A DNA stretch of 64,000 nt from assembly GCA_016839745.1 (NCBI GenBank), contig JAEOTS010000157.1:1-64000 (forward strand). Reading direction: 5' to 3'. Origin of the DNA: Promethearchaeota archaeon. GTDB lineage: Archaea; Asgardarchaeota; Lokiarchaeia; Sigyniarchaeales; SOKP01. The first letter of the stretch is position 1, and each line of letters begins with the position of its first letter. The notes under the pieces were generated by a model. It saw nothing but the letters and a program-made list of their open reading frames with translations, had not been told where the DNA came from and ran no database searches. This document shows positions 29,494-39,843 of this stretch, one piece after another. Both the position numbers and the translations under genes were made by a program.

Positions 29494-31005
29494 ATGATGA
29501 AAATGGATAAATCGGATATAATAAATACCACTTCTGGAAAGATACAGGGTTTTAAAGAGAACGAATTAGTAATATTTAAGGGAATTCCCTATGCAGAACC
29601 TCCCGTAAACGAATTACGATTTTCTCCTCCCGTTGCGAAAAAACCTTGGGATGACATATTAGATGCTACTAAATATGGACATTGTTCGTACCAAGGCTAT
29701 ACTCAGCTCGAAGATTTTACGGGTAAACTTCTACCTGAAAGCGAAGACTGTTTGAATCTTAATATTTGGACCCCTGAAATAGACAATAAGAAACGTCCAG
29801 TGATGTTCTGGATTCACGGAGGCGCATTTCTTATGGGAGGGGGGATTGACCCCATGTACGATGGCTCAGCCTTGGCCAAGCGTGGCGATGTTGTGGTAGT
29901 TACTATTAATTATCGGTTAGGCGCTTTAGGTTATTTATATATTCCCGGTGTTACGGCTAATGTTGGACATTTAGATCAAATTTTAGCACTTAAATGGGTC
30001 CACGATAATATCGAATTATTTGGAGGGAGTTCAAATAATATTACGATTTTTGGTGAATCTGCTGGGGGTTATTCAGTAGTTGCTTTAGCCGCAATGCCTG
30101 CTGCGAGTGGACTTTTTAATCGTATAATAGCTCAAAGTGCTCCAGCAATTGGCTCAAAAGTAACAAAGAAACCTTCAAAAAATTTAATGAAGATGCTCGG
30201 CATTGAAAAAGGAAATCTTGATGCGTTACGAAAGATTTCTCCAGAAAAAATAATTGATGCCCAAAATAAGTTATTAGCTCAAGATTCTGGAAACCTTCTT
30301 GCTTTTCGACCTCTTATAGATGGTGAAACATTGCCAATACATCCCTTAAAAGCGTTTCAAAATGGTGATTGTAAGGATATTGAATTTATGATAGGCACGA
30401 ATCTGGATGAGGCTAAATTATTTACTGCTCTTAATCCTGAAATAAATAATTTAAATTTTGATGATGGGGATAAACTTTTAATCGGGTATTTGGGTCAGTT
30501 AGGTATTGATCTTAAGAAGGCTAAAACGATGGTCGATACTTACATCCAAGCAAGGGAAGGTAATTTTTCTACAGAGATAAAGGAAGTTTTGAATGCTCTA
30601 ATTACCGACTATATCTTCCGCATTTCTACAATACGATTGCTTGAAGCGCAGAGTAAACATCAAACCAATACGTATAATTACTTATTTACTTGGCCCTCTC
30701 CAGGTCTTGACGGAGTTTTAGGAGCATGCCACGCTCTTGAGATACCTTTCGTTTTTAACACACTAAATAATCCTAGTTTTGAAGATTTTGTAGGTAAAAG
30801 TCCAGGTTTAAATGCCATTAGCCATAAAGTTATGGACGCTTGGATTGCTTTTGCTCGTACTGGAAACCCAAACCACGAGGGTATACCTAAGTGGCCGTCG
30901 TACGATATTGATAAGAGATCAACGATCTTAATAGATCACGAGTTTCAAGTAGCTGAAAAATTCCTCGATAAAGAACGGGCTGCTTGGGATGATATTATTT
31001 TGTAA
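29494..31005 (+). CDS. Type-B carboxylesterase/lipase
   Basis: FKGIPYA, SEDCLNLNIW, WIHGGAF, FGESAGG, GACHALEI. Confidence 0.95.
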   Translation: MMKMDKSDIINTTSGKIQGFKENELVIFKGIPYAEPPVNELRFSPPVAKKPWDDILDATKYGHCSYQGYTQLEDFTGKLLPESEDCLNLNIWTPEIDNKKRPVMFWIHGGAFLMGGGIDPMYDGSALAKRGDVVVVTINYRLGALGYLYIPGVTANVGHLDQILALKWVHDNIELFGGSSNNITIFGESAGGYSVVALAAMPAASGLFNRIIAQSAPAIGSKVTKKPSKNLMKMLGIEKGNLDALRKISPEKIIDAQNKLLAQDSGNLLAFRPLIDGETLPIHPLKAFQNGDCKDIEFMIGTNLDEAKLFTALNPEINNLNFDDGDKLLIGYLGQLGIDLKKAKTMVDTYIQAREGNFSTEIKEVLNALITDYIFRISTIRLLEAQSKHQTNTYNYLFTWPSPGLDGVLGACHALEIPFVFNTLNNPSFEDFVGKSPGLNAISHKVMDAWIAFARTGNPNHEGIPKWPSYDIDKRSTILIDHEFQVAEKFLDKERAAWDDIIL

Positions 31006-31034
31006 GGTTAATAATCTTAAATCTTTTTTTTACT

Positions 31035-31823
31035 TTAATTTTTTTTAAGCCATTCTTTAAGTGCTGCTTTAACTGAACGACGCATTTCTATTGAAAAGTC
31101 TGCACCAATCTTACCAAGATAGAATTGTTGCCCCATATTTTGAGCTTCTTTTACTATCATTGGTCTCTCTTCGTCCTTTAGCATCTCTTTAAAGTCTTCT
31201 TCGCTTAGTCTTGAATATTTATCTGTGAACTGTATAAATTTTTGAGCATAGCGCGATGTGAGGGGAATCTTGTTTTTATCTCCTCTAGGATACCCAAAAC
31301 AAATCAATGTTATGGGAAATACCCATCTCGGCAGATCAAACATCTCGCGGTGAATTTCATAATTTTCCATAATATCTCCAATATAGCAGGAACCTATGCC
31401 TAGTGCCTCAGCAGTTATTACAGAGTTTTGGGCTGCGATTAACGCATCACAACAAGCAAGAAGCAAATCAGATTCTTGGGGTGTTTGATATTCTTTCCCT
31501 ATTTCATTACATTTCTCCTCGACTTTGCTTAGCTTAAAGTAATCCCACCATCTTTGCATGTCGGCTAAAAATAATAGGACTAACGGCGCTTTAGCTATAT
31601 GGGGTTGGTTATCGCAAGTTTTTACTAATCTATCTTTTAATTTTTGATCGCTTACTTGAATTATGGAATACATCATCAAATTTCCGGCTGTAGGAGCTCT
31701 CATTGCGCCGTGAATTATGGTGTCTACTGCTTCCTGAGAGAGAGGTTTAGGATCGTAGGCGCGTATCGTTCTCCTATTTTTTATTAACTCCAATGTCTGA
31801 TCTTTTCGGTTTTTCTCGTCCAT
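31035..31823 (-). CDS. Nitroreductase/flavin reductase (NfsA-like)
   Basis: RRTIRAY, APTAGN, LGIGSCYIG. Confidence 0.9.
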   Translation of the reverse strand: MDEKNRKDQTLELIKNRRTIRAYDPKPLSQEAVDTIIHGAMRAPTAGNLMMYSIIQVSDQKLKDRLVKTCDNQPHIAKAPLVLLFLADMQRWWDYFKLSKVEEKCNEIGKEYQTPQESDLLLACCDALIAAQNSVITAEALGIGSCYIGDIMENYEIHREMFDLPRWVFPITLICFGYPRGDKNKIPLTSRYAQKFIQFTDKYSRLSEEDFKEMLKDEERPMIVKEAQNMGQQFYLGKIGADFSIEMRRSVKAALKEWLKKN

Positions 31824-31975
31824 AGTTAATTCACATTATTTAATATTGTTCATTGTAAAAAAGATTAAGGAAACAGTTCTAAGTTGCTCTAAATCAAAAA
31901 ATTAAAATTTAATGGACTAAGTTCGTTAATAACTTAGAAAAGCTAAATTTCAATACAAAGAAAAATTGAAAAAGT

Positions 31976-32782
31976 ATGCCAATAATAGGAATCGATTACG
32001 AAAAATGCAACGATTGTAACATTTGCTTAACTGTATGCCCTAGATTATTTAGTCGAGATAAGGAACAGGATAAAATAGTATTCAATGACCCTCAAAATGG
32101 ATGCAATTTAGATGGGCGCTGTATTGCCATGTGCCCTTCAGACGCCATTCTCCACGAAGATCTTGGCGAGGTATTATCATTTAAAGCAGCTCAAAACCCT
32201 AGTACGTTAATCCCATATGAAACTATGCATAAGTTCATGAGTGCTAAAAGATCTATTAGAGGATTTAAAAACAAAAAAGTTCCAAGAGCTGTAATAGAAC
32301 AAGTCTTAAATTCTATGAAGTATGCTCCCACAGGTGCTAACATCCGAACTTTGGAATGTACCATCATTTCAGATAAAGCTATTATTAAAAAATTATCAGA
32401 CTCAGTTATAGATGCATTAATTGCTACAAATAGCCCAAATTATGCTGAAGGTGCTAAAAAAGCTCGAGAAATCGGCTTCGATACAATATTTTATAGCGCC
32501 CCACATGTAATGATTATTCACTCTACTAATCCAAACGATAGTATGAACTCTACTATAGCTCTAACATATGGGATGTTAAGCGCCCAATCTTTGGGATTAG
32601 GGACTTGCTGGATAGGGTTAGCTCATGGGGTTTTAGCAGCAAGTAAAGAAGTACGAGAGAAAATTGCGGGTATTAAGGGTAAAGTTTGGGGTGTTATAAC
32701 AATCGGTTATCCCGCTCAAAAGTTTTTCCGGGTACCACCCCGTCCTTCTCTAAAAATTAAAGGATTAGATGAATTAGATTAA
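31976..32782 (+). CDS. Nitroreductase with N-terminal 4Fe-4S dicluster domain
   Basis: CNDCNICLTVCP, CNLDGRCIAMCP, KRSIRGF, YAPTGAN, LGLGTCWIG. Confidence 0.9.
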   Translation: MPIIGIDYEKCNDCNICLTVCPRLFSRDKEQDKIVFNDPQNGCNLDGRCIAMCPSDAILHEDLGEVLSFKAAQNPSTLIPYETMHKFMSAKRSIRGFKNKKVPRAVIEQVLNSMKYAPTGANIRTLECTIISDKAIIKKLSDSVIDALIATNSPNYAEGAKKAREIGFDTIFYSAPHVMIIHSTNPNDSMNSTIALTYGMLSAQSLGLGTCWIGLAHGVLAASKEVREKIAGIKGKVWGVITIGYPAQKFFRVPPRPSLKIKGLDELD

Positions 32783-32791
32783 TCATATCAT

Positions 32792-35236
32792 CTATTTTTC
32801 ATTTAATTTAAAAGTTTTAATTTTCCAAGGTCTAATTTTTGTTATATTAGATTTATCGGATGTAATTTCATCTAAGAGAAAATTAACTTCTTTTACCTGA
32901 TTCCCAACCATTTTTCCTTTGAGGTTAACATCGATAACTTCATTAGTTGGATTAAATGTCCTAAAATACAACCCAGTTTTCCGTCTACATAAAGATACTA
33001 TTGGAAGTGGGGGTTTTATAGACAAGAAGGATTTTTCTTCATCATGAATGTCTCTCTGTGTATTAATACTGATCCCTACTAACCTAAAATAATAAGAATA
33101 AACAAATTTTAAAACGGAGAGGGAATCGCTTTTATCTGTAATAACTATAGCAAATTCGTATCTCCCTTTATCATAAAGAATGTTCTTAAGTTCAAAATTA
33201 CCTTGGTTGATCTCAAATCTTTGACTATTTTTTTGAATATAGATAATTTGTTCATTAATTCCCTTTAGCCATAAAAAGTCCAATGTTTGGATTTGTCTTC
33301 TTCTTGTTTCTTCGATTCCAAAAGGATAATTAATTAGAGATTTTAGTATATTAACTTTCGGTGTGATTATAACATGGTTCTTTGAGTTAGTTTCAAGGGT
33401 AAACTCAAGTCTATTTATTCCGCTGAATTGAGCTATTTCAACCGTAAAACTCTGATTTTTAGCATTTCCTCTAAAAATGTATTTCTCTTCTAAATCATTA
33501 CTATACTTTTCTTTTAGCTCTAAATTATATGAAATTAACGGAAGAAAGGACAATTCATAAATAGGCTTATTCTTATAGTTAACCTCAATTTTTTTCAATT
33601 CGTTTGAGATTTTTATGTCGTAGAGAAAATGTGGTTTTGATTTTAGTACTTGGTTGTGATCTTCACCAGTCGAATAGAATTTACACCCAAATCCTGGTAC
33701 TTCCGCAATGAATTTTCGGTGAATTTTTTTTTGGTCCATTGGTATGGAAACAACATCTCTTCTTGAATACGGAGTTGGATTAAAAACGAATAAAGTATTA
33801 GGATTTTTATCTATATCTATTCTATCTTTAAGAATTTCTGTGGCTATTTCTGAAAGTGCTACATTCATATGGTTATTACATGTGTCTTGTATTTCCTTGT
33901 GTATTTGAATACTTAACTCCGAAATACTATTTGGGTTTTTGGTTAGGTTTATCTTACGGAGCTCTTCTATATTCAATTGAGTTTGGGAATAATCTCCCGA
34001 TCTTATGTGGGGACCCACATAACAATCGTGAGCTTGGATAGGTAATAGTTTTTCCCATAAATTCTCAAAAAGTGTGTCTTTAGATTCTTTGTTAAAACAA
34101 TATAAGATTGTGTTTAAGATTTCACATACACTAATAAATATCTCAGAATTTTTATTATAAAGGAACAATTTGGATGACTGAAACACATAATCACTAAGAT
34201 GGAATTCATCTCTTATGTATTTAAAATCTCCATCTTTCTCAGTCAATTCAAAGAATTCAGAAAAACTTAAAAATTTTCCAAAAACATTTGAAAATTTAGA
34301 TAATCGCCAGACTTCTTCTTGGTAAGGCATGTAATTCATGAAATCTTCAAGATTGGAATAAACTATTCTTTTCATAAAAGGACGAGCAACAGCTTGAAAT
34401 AATAAATTTGGTAATTCTTGAAAAAAAGTACCATGCCAATACTCCCCATTGAATATCCCTGGCTGGTCTACGATAGCATCGACCGAGGTGTTGTCTAATC
34501 CAATCCAATTAATATGTGGTGAGATAGCGGTTGGATTAACTCCTAATAGGCGAGTTCTTAACGAAGCATATTTGATATTGAAGCCTTTTAATATTTGAGG
34601 AATCTGTGGGTGAATTGAACTTTCTGAGCAATAATACATATTGGAATCTAATCCAATTTTCTTAAGATTCTTTAATCCGTATTCAAAGTGTTTAAGATTA
34701 GATTCTTGACTTATGATTAAGCTATAAGGTTGAGAATATGAAGGATTAATTATTTCACACTTCCCCTGTTTAAATAAATTTAGAAAATCTTCAAACCTTT
34801 CCGATTCTCTTTCATTCAACCATTTTAAACAACTCACAGCTACTTCTAAATTATATGGCATTTGATTATCTAAAGCTAATCGCATACTCTTTAATATTCG
34901 ATCCAAAGAATAGCTTGGGTCATCAAATTCGCAGAATCCAGTATCTTTAATAATAATTCCTCCATGCCATCCTAAAATATATAGTAATTCAGGCACTACT
35001 ACTTTTTGGATGGTTGATTTCAGCTTATTTAATAGGTTTACAAAGTCTTTGCGTGTAATTTCCTCGTTTTGGTGAAGTTTTTGCTCAAAATTATCTAATT
35101 TCGCCCTAAATTTATCTGTATTGAATTTAGGTTTTTTAATGGGAAATTTATTAATAAAAATGAGAAATAAATCAAAAATGGATTTCAAAGCTTTGATATC
35201 CTCAATGAATATCTCTTTTTGTTCATTTTTTAACAT
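32792..35236 (-). CDS. Divergent GH38/GH57-like glycoside hydrolase/deacetylase-fold protein
   Basis: EIINPSYSQPY, HPQIPQILKGF, WIGLD, QAHD, VFNPTPYSR, IRPWKIKT recall alpha-mannosidase architecture. Confidence 0.55.
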   Translation of the reverse strand: MLKNEQKEIFIEDIKALKSIFDLFLIFINKFPIKKPKFNTDKFRAKLDNFEQKLHQNEEITRKDFVNLLNKLKSTIQKVVVPELLYILGWHGGIIIKDTGFCEFDDPSYSLDRILKSMRLALDNQMPYNLEVAVSCLKWLNERESERFEDFLNLFKQGKCEIINPSYSQPYSLIISQESNLKHFEYGLKNLKKIGLDSNMYYCSESSIHPQIPQILKGFNIKYASLRTRLLGVNPTAISPHINWIGLDNTSVDAIVDQPGIFNGEYWHGTFFQELPNLLFQAVARPFMKRIVYSNLEDFMNYMPYQEEVWRLSKFSNVFGKFLSFSEFFELTEKDGDFKYIRDEFHLSDYVFQSSKLFLYNKNSEIFISVCEILNTILYCFNKESKDTLFENLWEKLLPIQAHDCYVGPHIRSGDYSQTQLNIEELRKINLTKNPNSISELSIQIHKEIQDTCNNHMNVALSEIATEILKDRIDIDKNPNTLFVFNPTPYSRRDVVSIPMDQKKIHRKFIAEVPGFGCKFYSTGEDHNQVLKSKPHFLYDIKISNELKKIEVNYKNKPIYELSFLPLISYNLELKEKYSNDLEEKYIFRGNAKNQSFTVEIAQFSGINRLEFTLETNSKNHVIITPKVNILKSLINYPFGIEETRRRQIQTLDFLWLKGINEQIIYIQKNSQRFEINQGNFELKNILYDKGRYEFAIVITDKSDSLSVLKFVYSYYFRLVGISINTQRDIHDEEKSFLSIKPPLPIVSLCRRKTGLYFRTFNPTNEVIDVNLKGKMVGNQVKEVNFLLDEITSDKSNITKIRPWKIKTFKLNEK

Positions 35237-35293
35237 TTTAACAAGATAAAATATAGTTAAATAAGTATTTTTATTCTAAAGGGTAATTAATGA

Positions 35294-36526
35294 CTATTTT
35301 GGTAGTTGATTGCTACTTGGGAAAATTCCAACTTTGGGGGTATTTCCATACATCTTCTCTAACTCTCTTACTAATTCTTGAAAATTAGTATGAAAAATTG
35401 TAGTATCAGGATAATAATGCAACACATCTTTTCTATTAATATTTTGAGAAAATATGCCGAACTTCTTCTTTTTCAAAACCCCTTTAAATATAACTGTATC
35501 TCCCCAATTTTTGTACAGTTTCCCACCGGTTTCTCCTAATAAGGAATGAAATCCTCTTCCTTCACTAGCCGCAGTCAAAAGTACAACCGCCCCTTCTCGC
35601 TTAATGAAATTATTTGATTTAAAAAGGAAATTAAAGCCTTTTAAAGCTTGAGATAGTTCTGTATCTTCAGGGTATAGGTTAAAGAATCCTATATCAAGAT
35701 TTAATTTGGGGGGTAAATTCGTTGAGTATACTTCTTTTGCAAATTCCATGGCCTTTCGATGTGCTTTAATAAAATCACCCGCAAAAATCCCTCCTATCTT
35801 CCTTGTCATTGTTGGTATAATATTTATGGAAAAATCTAATCCTGCTTTTTTACATGTATCCTCGATATCTTTCCTTAATTCTGTAACAATTCCCAAACCT
35901 ATTCCTATCCCTCTTACTCCTGCTTTATGATTTGCCTCAATAGTCTGAATTCCACATAATCCTGGTAGGACCACTTTAGCTCCACCTCCATAACCAGCCA
36001 AAGGATGTGGTACTACGGAACCAATAGAAATCTTTACCTCAGCATCGTAATAAGTTTTGTTTAAATAAATTGGTGTATTTTTGTGTGAATCTCCGATGTA
36101 AATAAGATTTTCATAGGGATGGTGGTTTTCTATTTTAATTTTATCAACAACCTTTTGTCCTACTTTTTTAATTGAATCTTGTCTATTCATAGGTCGATGT
36201 GCGCCAAGTGCATATATTATAGTTATATCGTCGTTTGTAATTCCAGCCGTGTTTAGTTGGTCTAGAACTATTTCTAATATAAATTCTGCGCGAATTGGTC
36301 TTGAAATATCTTCAATCGCGATTACCGCGTTGCTTTTTCCCTTTGCTATTTCCTGAATTGTAGGTGTACCAATAGGTTTACTGAAAACATTTTTGATATC
36401 TCCTTGAGAGAGTTCAAGCGTATCTTGCATCTTATAGACACATACATCCCATGCATCTGGGAATTCGAGTTGCAAATCTTTATCCCCATACCATGCTGCC
36501 CAGGGAATATTAAAAGTTCGTACCAT
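35294..36526 (-). CDS. Lactate racemase (LarA) family nickel-pincer 2-hydroxyacid racemase/epimerase
   Basis: EDISRP, ALGAHRPM, PHPLAGYGGGAKVVLPG, NH. Confidence 0.85.
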   Translation of the reverse strand: MVRTFNIPWAAWYGDKDLQLEFPDAWDVCVYKMQDTLELSQGDIKNVFSKPIGTPTIQEIAKGKSNAVIAIEDISRPIRAEFILEIVLDQLNTAGITNDDITIIYALGAHRPMNRQDSIKKVGQKVVDKIKIENHHPYENLIYIGDSHKNTPIYLNKTYYDAEVKISIGSVVPHPLAGYGGGAKVVLPGLCGIQTIEANHKAGVRGIGIGLGIVTELRKDIEDTCKKAGLDFSINIIPTMTRKIGGIFAGDFIKAHRKAMEFAKEVYSTNLPPKLNLDIGFFNLYPEDTELSQALKGFNFLFKSNNFIKREGAVVLLTAASEGRGFHSLLGETGGKLYKNWGDTVIFKGVLKKKKFGIFSQNINRKDVLHYYPDTTIFHTNFQELVRELEKMYGNTPKVGIFPSSNQLPK

Positions 36527-36615
36527 TACTAAGCTTTTCCTTTGATTATTACTTTAATATTGAATTTTGAATAATCCTTTATTAATCTAATTAACCTAGG
36601 CTTTTTGAGTGGGAA

Positions 36616-36648
36616 TTGTTAGAAAAGTGCACCTTAAAGCTTTATAAA
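36616..36648 (+). promoter_or_regulatory. Shared promoter element, copy 1 (GAAAAGTGCACCTTAAA-N2-TTTATAAA)
   Basis: 17-mer identical to 37927-37943 and 39170-39186, followed by a TATA box. Confidence 0.85.
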
Positions 36649-36702
36649 CATTTTCTCTTAGTCATCATTATATGGTTATAATACCATAGAGATGAGATTA
36701 TT

Positions 36703-37839
36703 ATGAAGCCAAAAATTTTAGTTGTCTTTTATCCCCTAATCCTGTTTATATTTATTTATCCTACAAGCTACAGCGTTGCTGCAGAAAGTAATACTGAATA
36801 CTTAATCCTGGAACAAGTTAGTCAGATAAATACAGGGGAAGGTACATTTTATGTGGAAATAAAAGAAAACATCGCATATGTTTCTGACTTGACTTATAGA
36901 GGATTAAAGGTTATCAATGTTAGCAATCCTTCAGAGCCAGAAATAATAAGCCAATATAGGGATAATAGTTCTTTTGAGATCCCTCACATATTCTATATCC
37001 AGGGGGATATTTTATTTCTAGGAGATCATACTGATGGATTAGAAATTTACAACATTAGCGATCCTGCACATCTTCAAAAAATAGGTGATTGGTGGATTGA
37101 AGGTGTTACTGATGATGTTATTGTTGTAGATGATATTGCTTACACTGTAAGTTGGGATGAAGGGTTAAGAATAGTCAATGTTAGTGATTTTTCAAGTCCA
37201 TCTTTAATAGCTACTTATATTACTGAAAATAAAACTTACCCGCGCGTTCATCTAATAAAAGATTATATCTACATTTATGAAATAGGATTAACGGGCTCAA
37301 AAATGAAAATTATTAATATAAGTAATCCCAATACCCCTACAAGAGTGGGAGAGTATATGTGTGAAGCATTAGCTATTGATATAATTGGCGATATAGCTTA
37401 TATTGCAGCTGGGGTTCAGGGGTTTATCACTCTTAACATTAGTGATCCGTTAAAACCTACCGAGTTAGGGCATTATGAGCCTGGAGGAATAATAGGAGGA
37501 GTAGATATAGAGGGAGATCTAGCTTTCATTACAGATGGAGATCAAAGAAGGTTAATCGTACTCAATATAAGTGACCCTACAAAACCTACATTCCTTCAGC
37601 AATGTGGCAACTTCCATACTGCTTTTGATGTTTGTGTATTCGATAATTATGCCTACCTAGCTGATTTTCAAGAGGGTCTTAGAATCATACAAATTTGGGG
37701 AGATCAGCAGGATGATAATCAAAAAGATAAACCAATAGTAATAGGGTATGATAATGCTCTTGGAATTTTATTCCTAATGATGTTTACCTGTGGGATGATA
37801 ATTATCGTTTTCAATAAAAACAAAAACCGAAATGATTAA
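36703..37839 (+). CDS. LVIVD-repeat (beta-propeller) cell-surface protein with signal peptide and C-terminal TM anchor
   Basis: Repeats AYV....GLxIxNISxPxxP; C-terminal IGYD + hydrophobic helix + basic tail. Confidence 0.85.
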   Translation: MKPKILVVFYPLILFIFIYPTSYSVAAESNTEYLILEQVSQINTGEGTFYVEIKENIAYVSDLTYRGLKVINVSNPSEPEIISQYRDNSSFEIPHIFYIQGDILFLGDHTDGLEIYNISDPAHLQKIGDWWIEGVTDDVIVVDDIAYTVSWDEGLRIVNVSDFSSPSLIATYITENKTYPRVHLIKDYIYIYEIGLTGSKMKIINISNPNTPTRVGEYMCEALAIDIIGDIAYIAAGVQGFITLNISDPLKPTELGHYEPGGIIGGVDIEGDLAFITDGDQRRLIVLNISDPTKPTFLQQCGNFHTAFDVCVFDNYAYLADFQEGLRIIQIWGDQQDDNQKDKPIVIGYDNALGILFLMMFTCGMIIIVFNKNKNRND

Positions 37840-37920
37840 TCATTAGTTGAAATGTAGAAATTCATAATCTTACACTTTTTTTTATTCAAACTTTCTCTAT
37901 TGCTTTTGTTATTCTCTTTA

Positions 37921-37953
37921 TTGTTCGAAAAGTGCACCTTAAACCTTTATAAA
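37921..37953 (+). promoter_or_regulatory. Shared promoter element, copy 2
   Basis: TTGTTCGAAAAGTGCACCTTAAACCTTTATAAA. Confidence 0.85.
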
Positions 37954-38024
37954 TAAAATAATTTCTTATTTTTTAAGTAATCTTTCAAAAATTAAAATAA
38001 GCACTCAAAGATAAGTAAAGAAAA

Positions 38025-39125
38025 ATGAGTTCAAAGAAACCTTGCTTAAAGAAATTTCTCTTTATAATTATAGTATTTTTTATGGTTTTATCAAACGGTT
38101 ATAAAGTATATGCTGATTTAAATATATATCCACAAAAGATCGGACAATTTGATACTGTATTCGCCTGGGATGTTGTTCTAATCGATGATATAGCCTATGT
38201 TGGGGGAAATGAAGAGGGGTTACAAATTATTGATGTTTCTGATCCTCGAAATCCAACCGAGTTGGGTCACCTTGACCTCGGAGTAACTCACAGTATCGAT
38301 GTTCTCAATGGAGTCGCTTATTTAGCGAATTATTTTAGTGGTTTGCATATAGTCAATATATCAAATCCATTAAATCCTACAAAGATAAGTGATTTCTATG
38401 ATGGAGGACACGTTTCTGATGTTGTTACTGCTGGGGATCTCGTTTATTTATTGAGTTTGGAAAATGGACTAGAAATTATTAATTGTAGCAATATTAGACA
38501 TCCGGTTAAGATTGGTGAATATAATGATGGAGGAACTCCAAACAGGGTTTTTATTAATGAGGATTTAGCGTATATAGCAGATTATCATGCGGGGCTTGAA
38601 ATAATCAACATTTCAGATCCGTTCAATCCTTTCGAAATCGGAGGATACTTTAATGGGGAGGGAGCGTATAGTGTTAAGGTCGTAGAGAATATTGCTTATC
38701 TGAGTTACAGTTCAAAAGGTTTAGAGATCTTGGATGTGAGCGATCCATTCCATCCGATCACTTTAGGATCATTCAATAATGGAGGTAACGTATACTTTTC
38801 ATTCATTTTAGATGATCTAGCTTTCCTATCAGACGATAATGATGGGCTTGAAATCGTTAATATAAGTGATCCCTCTAATCCTTGGAAGATAAGCGGATTT
38901 AATGATGGAGGACACACAAGAAATCTCTTTATTGATAATAATTTAGTGTTTTTAACTGATTTAGATGATGGATTAGAAATAATCGAATTTACAAATGCAC
39001 CTCCACCTCAAAATCCTAATTTACCTCCACCTCAAAATCCAAATTTCATAATCCCGGTTATTATCATAGTTATTACTACAGGTTTAGTCACATTGATTAT
39101 TATTATATATAAATATAAAAAATAG
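38025..39125 (+). CDS. LVIVD-repeat cell-surface protein with signal peptide and C-terminal TM anchor
   Basis: About 7 repeats of AYL....GLEIINISDPxNP; Pro-rich linker; TM helix + KYKK. Confidence 0.88.
   Translation: MSSKKPCLKKFLFIIIVFFMVLSNGYKVYADLNIYPQKIGQFDTVFAWDVVLIDDIAYVGGNEEGLQIIDVSDPRNPTELGHLDLGVTHSIDVLNGVAYLANYFSGLHIVNISNPLNPTKISDFYDGGHVSDVVTAGDLVYLLSLENGLEIINCSNIRHPVKIGEYNDGGTPNRVFINEDLAYIADYHAGLEIINISDPFNPFEIGGYFNGEGAYSVKVVENIAYLSYSSKGLEILDVSDPFHPITLGSFNNGGNVYFSFILDDLAFLSDDNDGLEIVNISDPSNPWKISGFNDGGHTRNLFIDNNLVFLTDLDDGLEIIEFTNAPPPQNPNLPPPQNPNFIIPVIIIVITTGLVTLIIIIYKYKK
39000..39047 (+). repeat. 24-nt tandem duplication encoding PPPQNPN(L/F) twice
   Basis: cctccacctcaaaatcctaattta / cctccacctcaaaatccaaatttc. 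Confidence 0.9.
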
Positions 39126-39163
39126 AATAATTATATATTACTTAATGTAACTAGCCACAGCTT

Positions 39164-39196
39164 TTGTTCGAAAAGTGCACCTTAAACCTTTATAAA
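39164..39196 (+). promoter_or_regulatory. Shared promoter element, copy 3
   Basis: TTGTTCGAAAAGTGCACCTTAAACCTTTATAAA, identical to copy 2. Confidence 0.85.
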
Positions 39197-39249
39197 TAAA
39201 ATTGTTTCTTATTTTATAAGTAAAATTTGTGTTTTGAAGGTTTTTATGA

Positions 39250-39843
39250 ATGTGTCTAAAAAGAAATGAAATCAAAATTAAATTAAGCTCGATTCTAACT
39301 AGCATCTCCTCTCTATTAATTTTGTTTCTGCAATATGTCCCTTGTACTGCAATATGGTTTGGTATAATGAGCGTTCCATTAATATCGTATTTAGTATGGT
39401 TTTTTCAAGACCCTAACATTCTATTATGCGACTTGAGATTCTTAATCGGGGCCCAAGGATTCTATGTTGTCTTATTCGGATTAATGTTATACATATACAG
39501 TTTGATCTATCAATTATCACACAGAGGGCGACTAATTACAAAAGGTCCATATAGGATAATAAGACATCCCCAATATCTAGCCTTTATTATTATGACATTA
39601 GGGATGACAATAGTGGCATTTCAGACATCCCCAATTTTTGAATTCCCAGTTTCCTATGAAAATCGATTTAACATTTTATTTATAATTTGGATAGGTGAAG
39701 TAGTAGCTTACATTTTATTGGGGAAGATCGAAGAATTTGCATTAAAAGCTAAATATGGAGATGAATTTCTAGAGTATAAAAATAGAGTAGCTTTTATTAT
39801 TCCATTCTTAAAAATACAAGGTAACAAAATAAATAAAGCGTAA
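39250..39843 (+). CDS. Isoprenylcysteine carboxylmethyltransferase/PEMT-family membrane protein
   Basis: LITKGPYRIIRHPQYL, EE..L..KYGDEF.EYK..V..IIP. Confidence 0.85.
   Translation: MCLKRNEIKIKLSSILTSISSLLILFLQYVPCTAIWFGIMSVPLISYLVWFFQDPNILLCDLRFLIGAQGFYVVLFGLMLYIYSLIYQLSHRGRLITKGPYRIIRHPQYLAFIIMTLGMTIVAFQTSPIFEFPVSYENRFNILFIIWIGEVVAYILLGKIEEFALKAKYGDEFLEYKNRVAFIIPFLKIQGNKINKA

Noticed and set aside
36616-39196. The three 33-nt repeats as a CRISPR array or integron-like cassette sites
   Set aside because: They are 1.2-1.3 kb apart, each contains a TATA box about 60-80 nt before a start codon, and no cas or integrase gene is present. A promoter explains them better.
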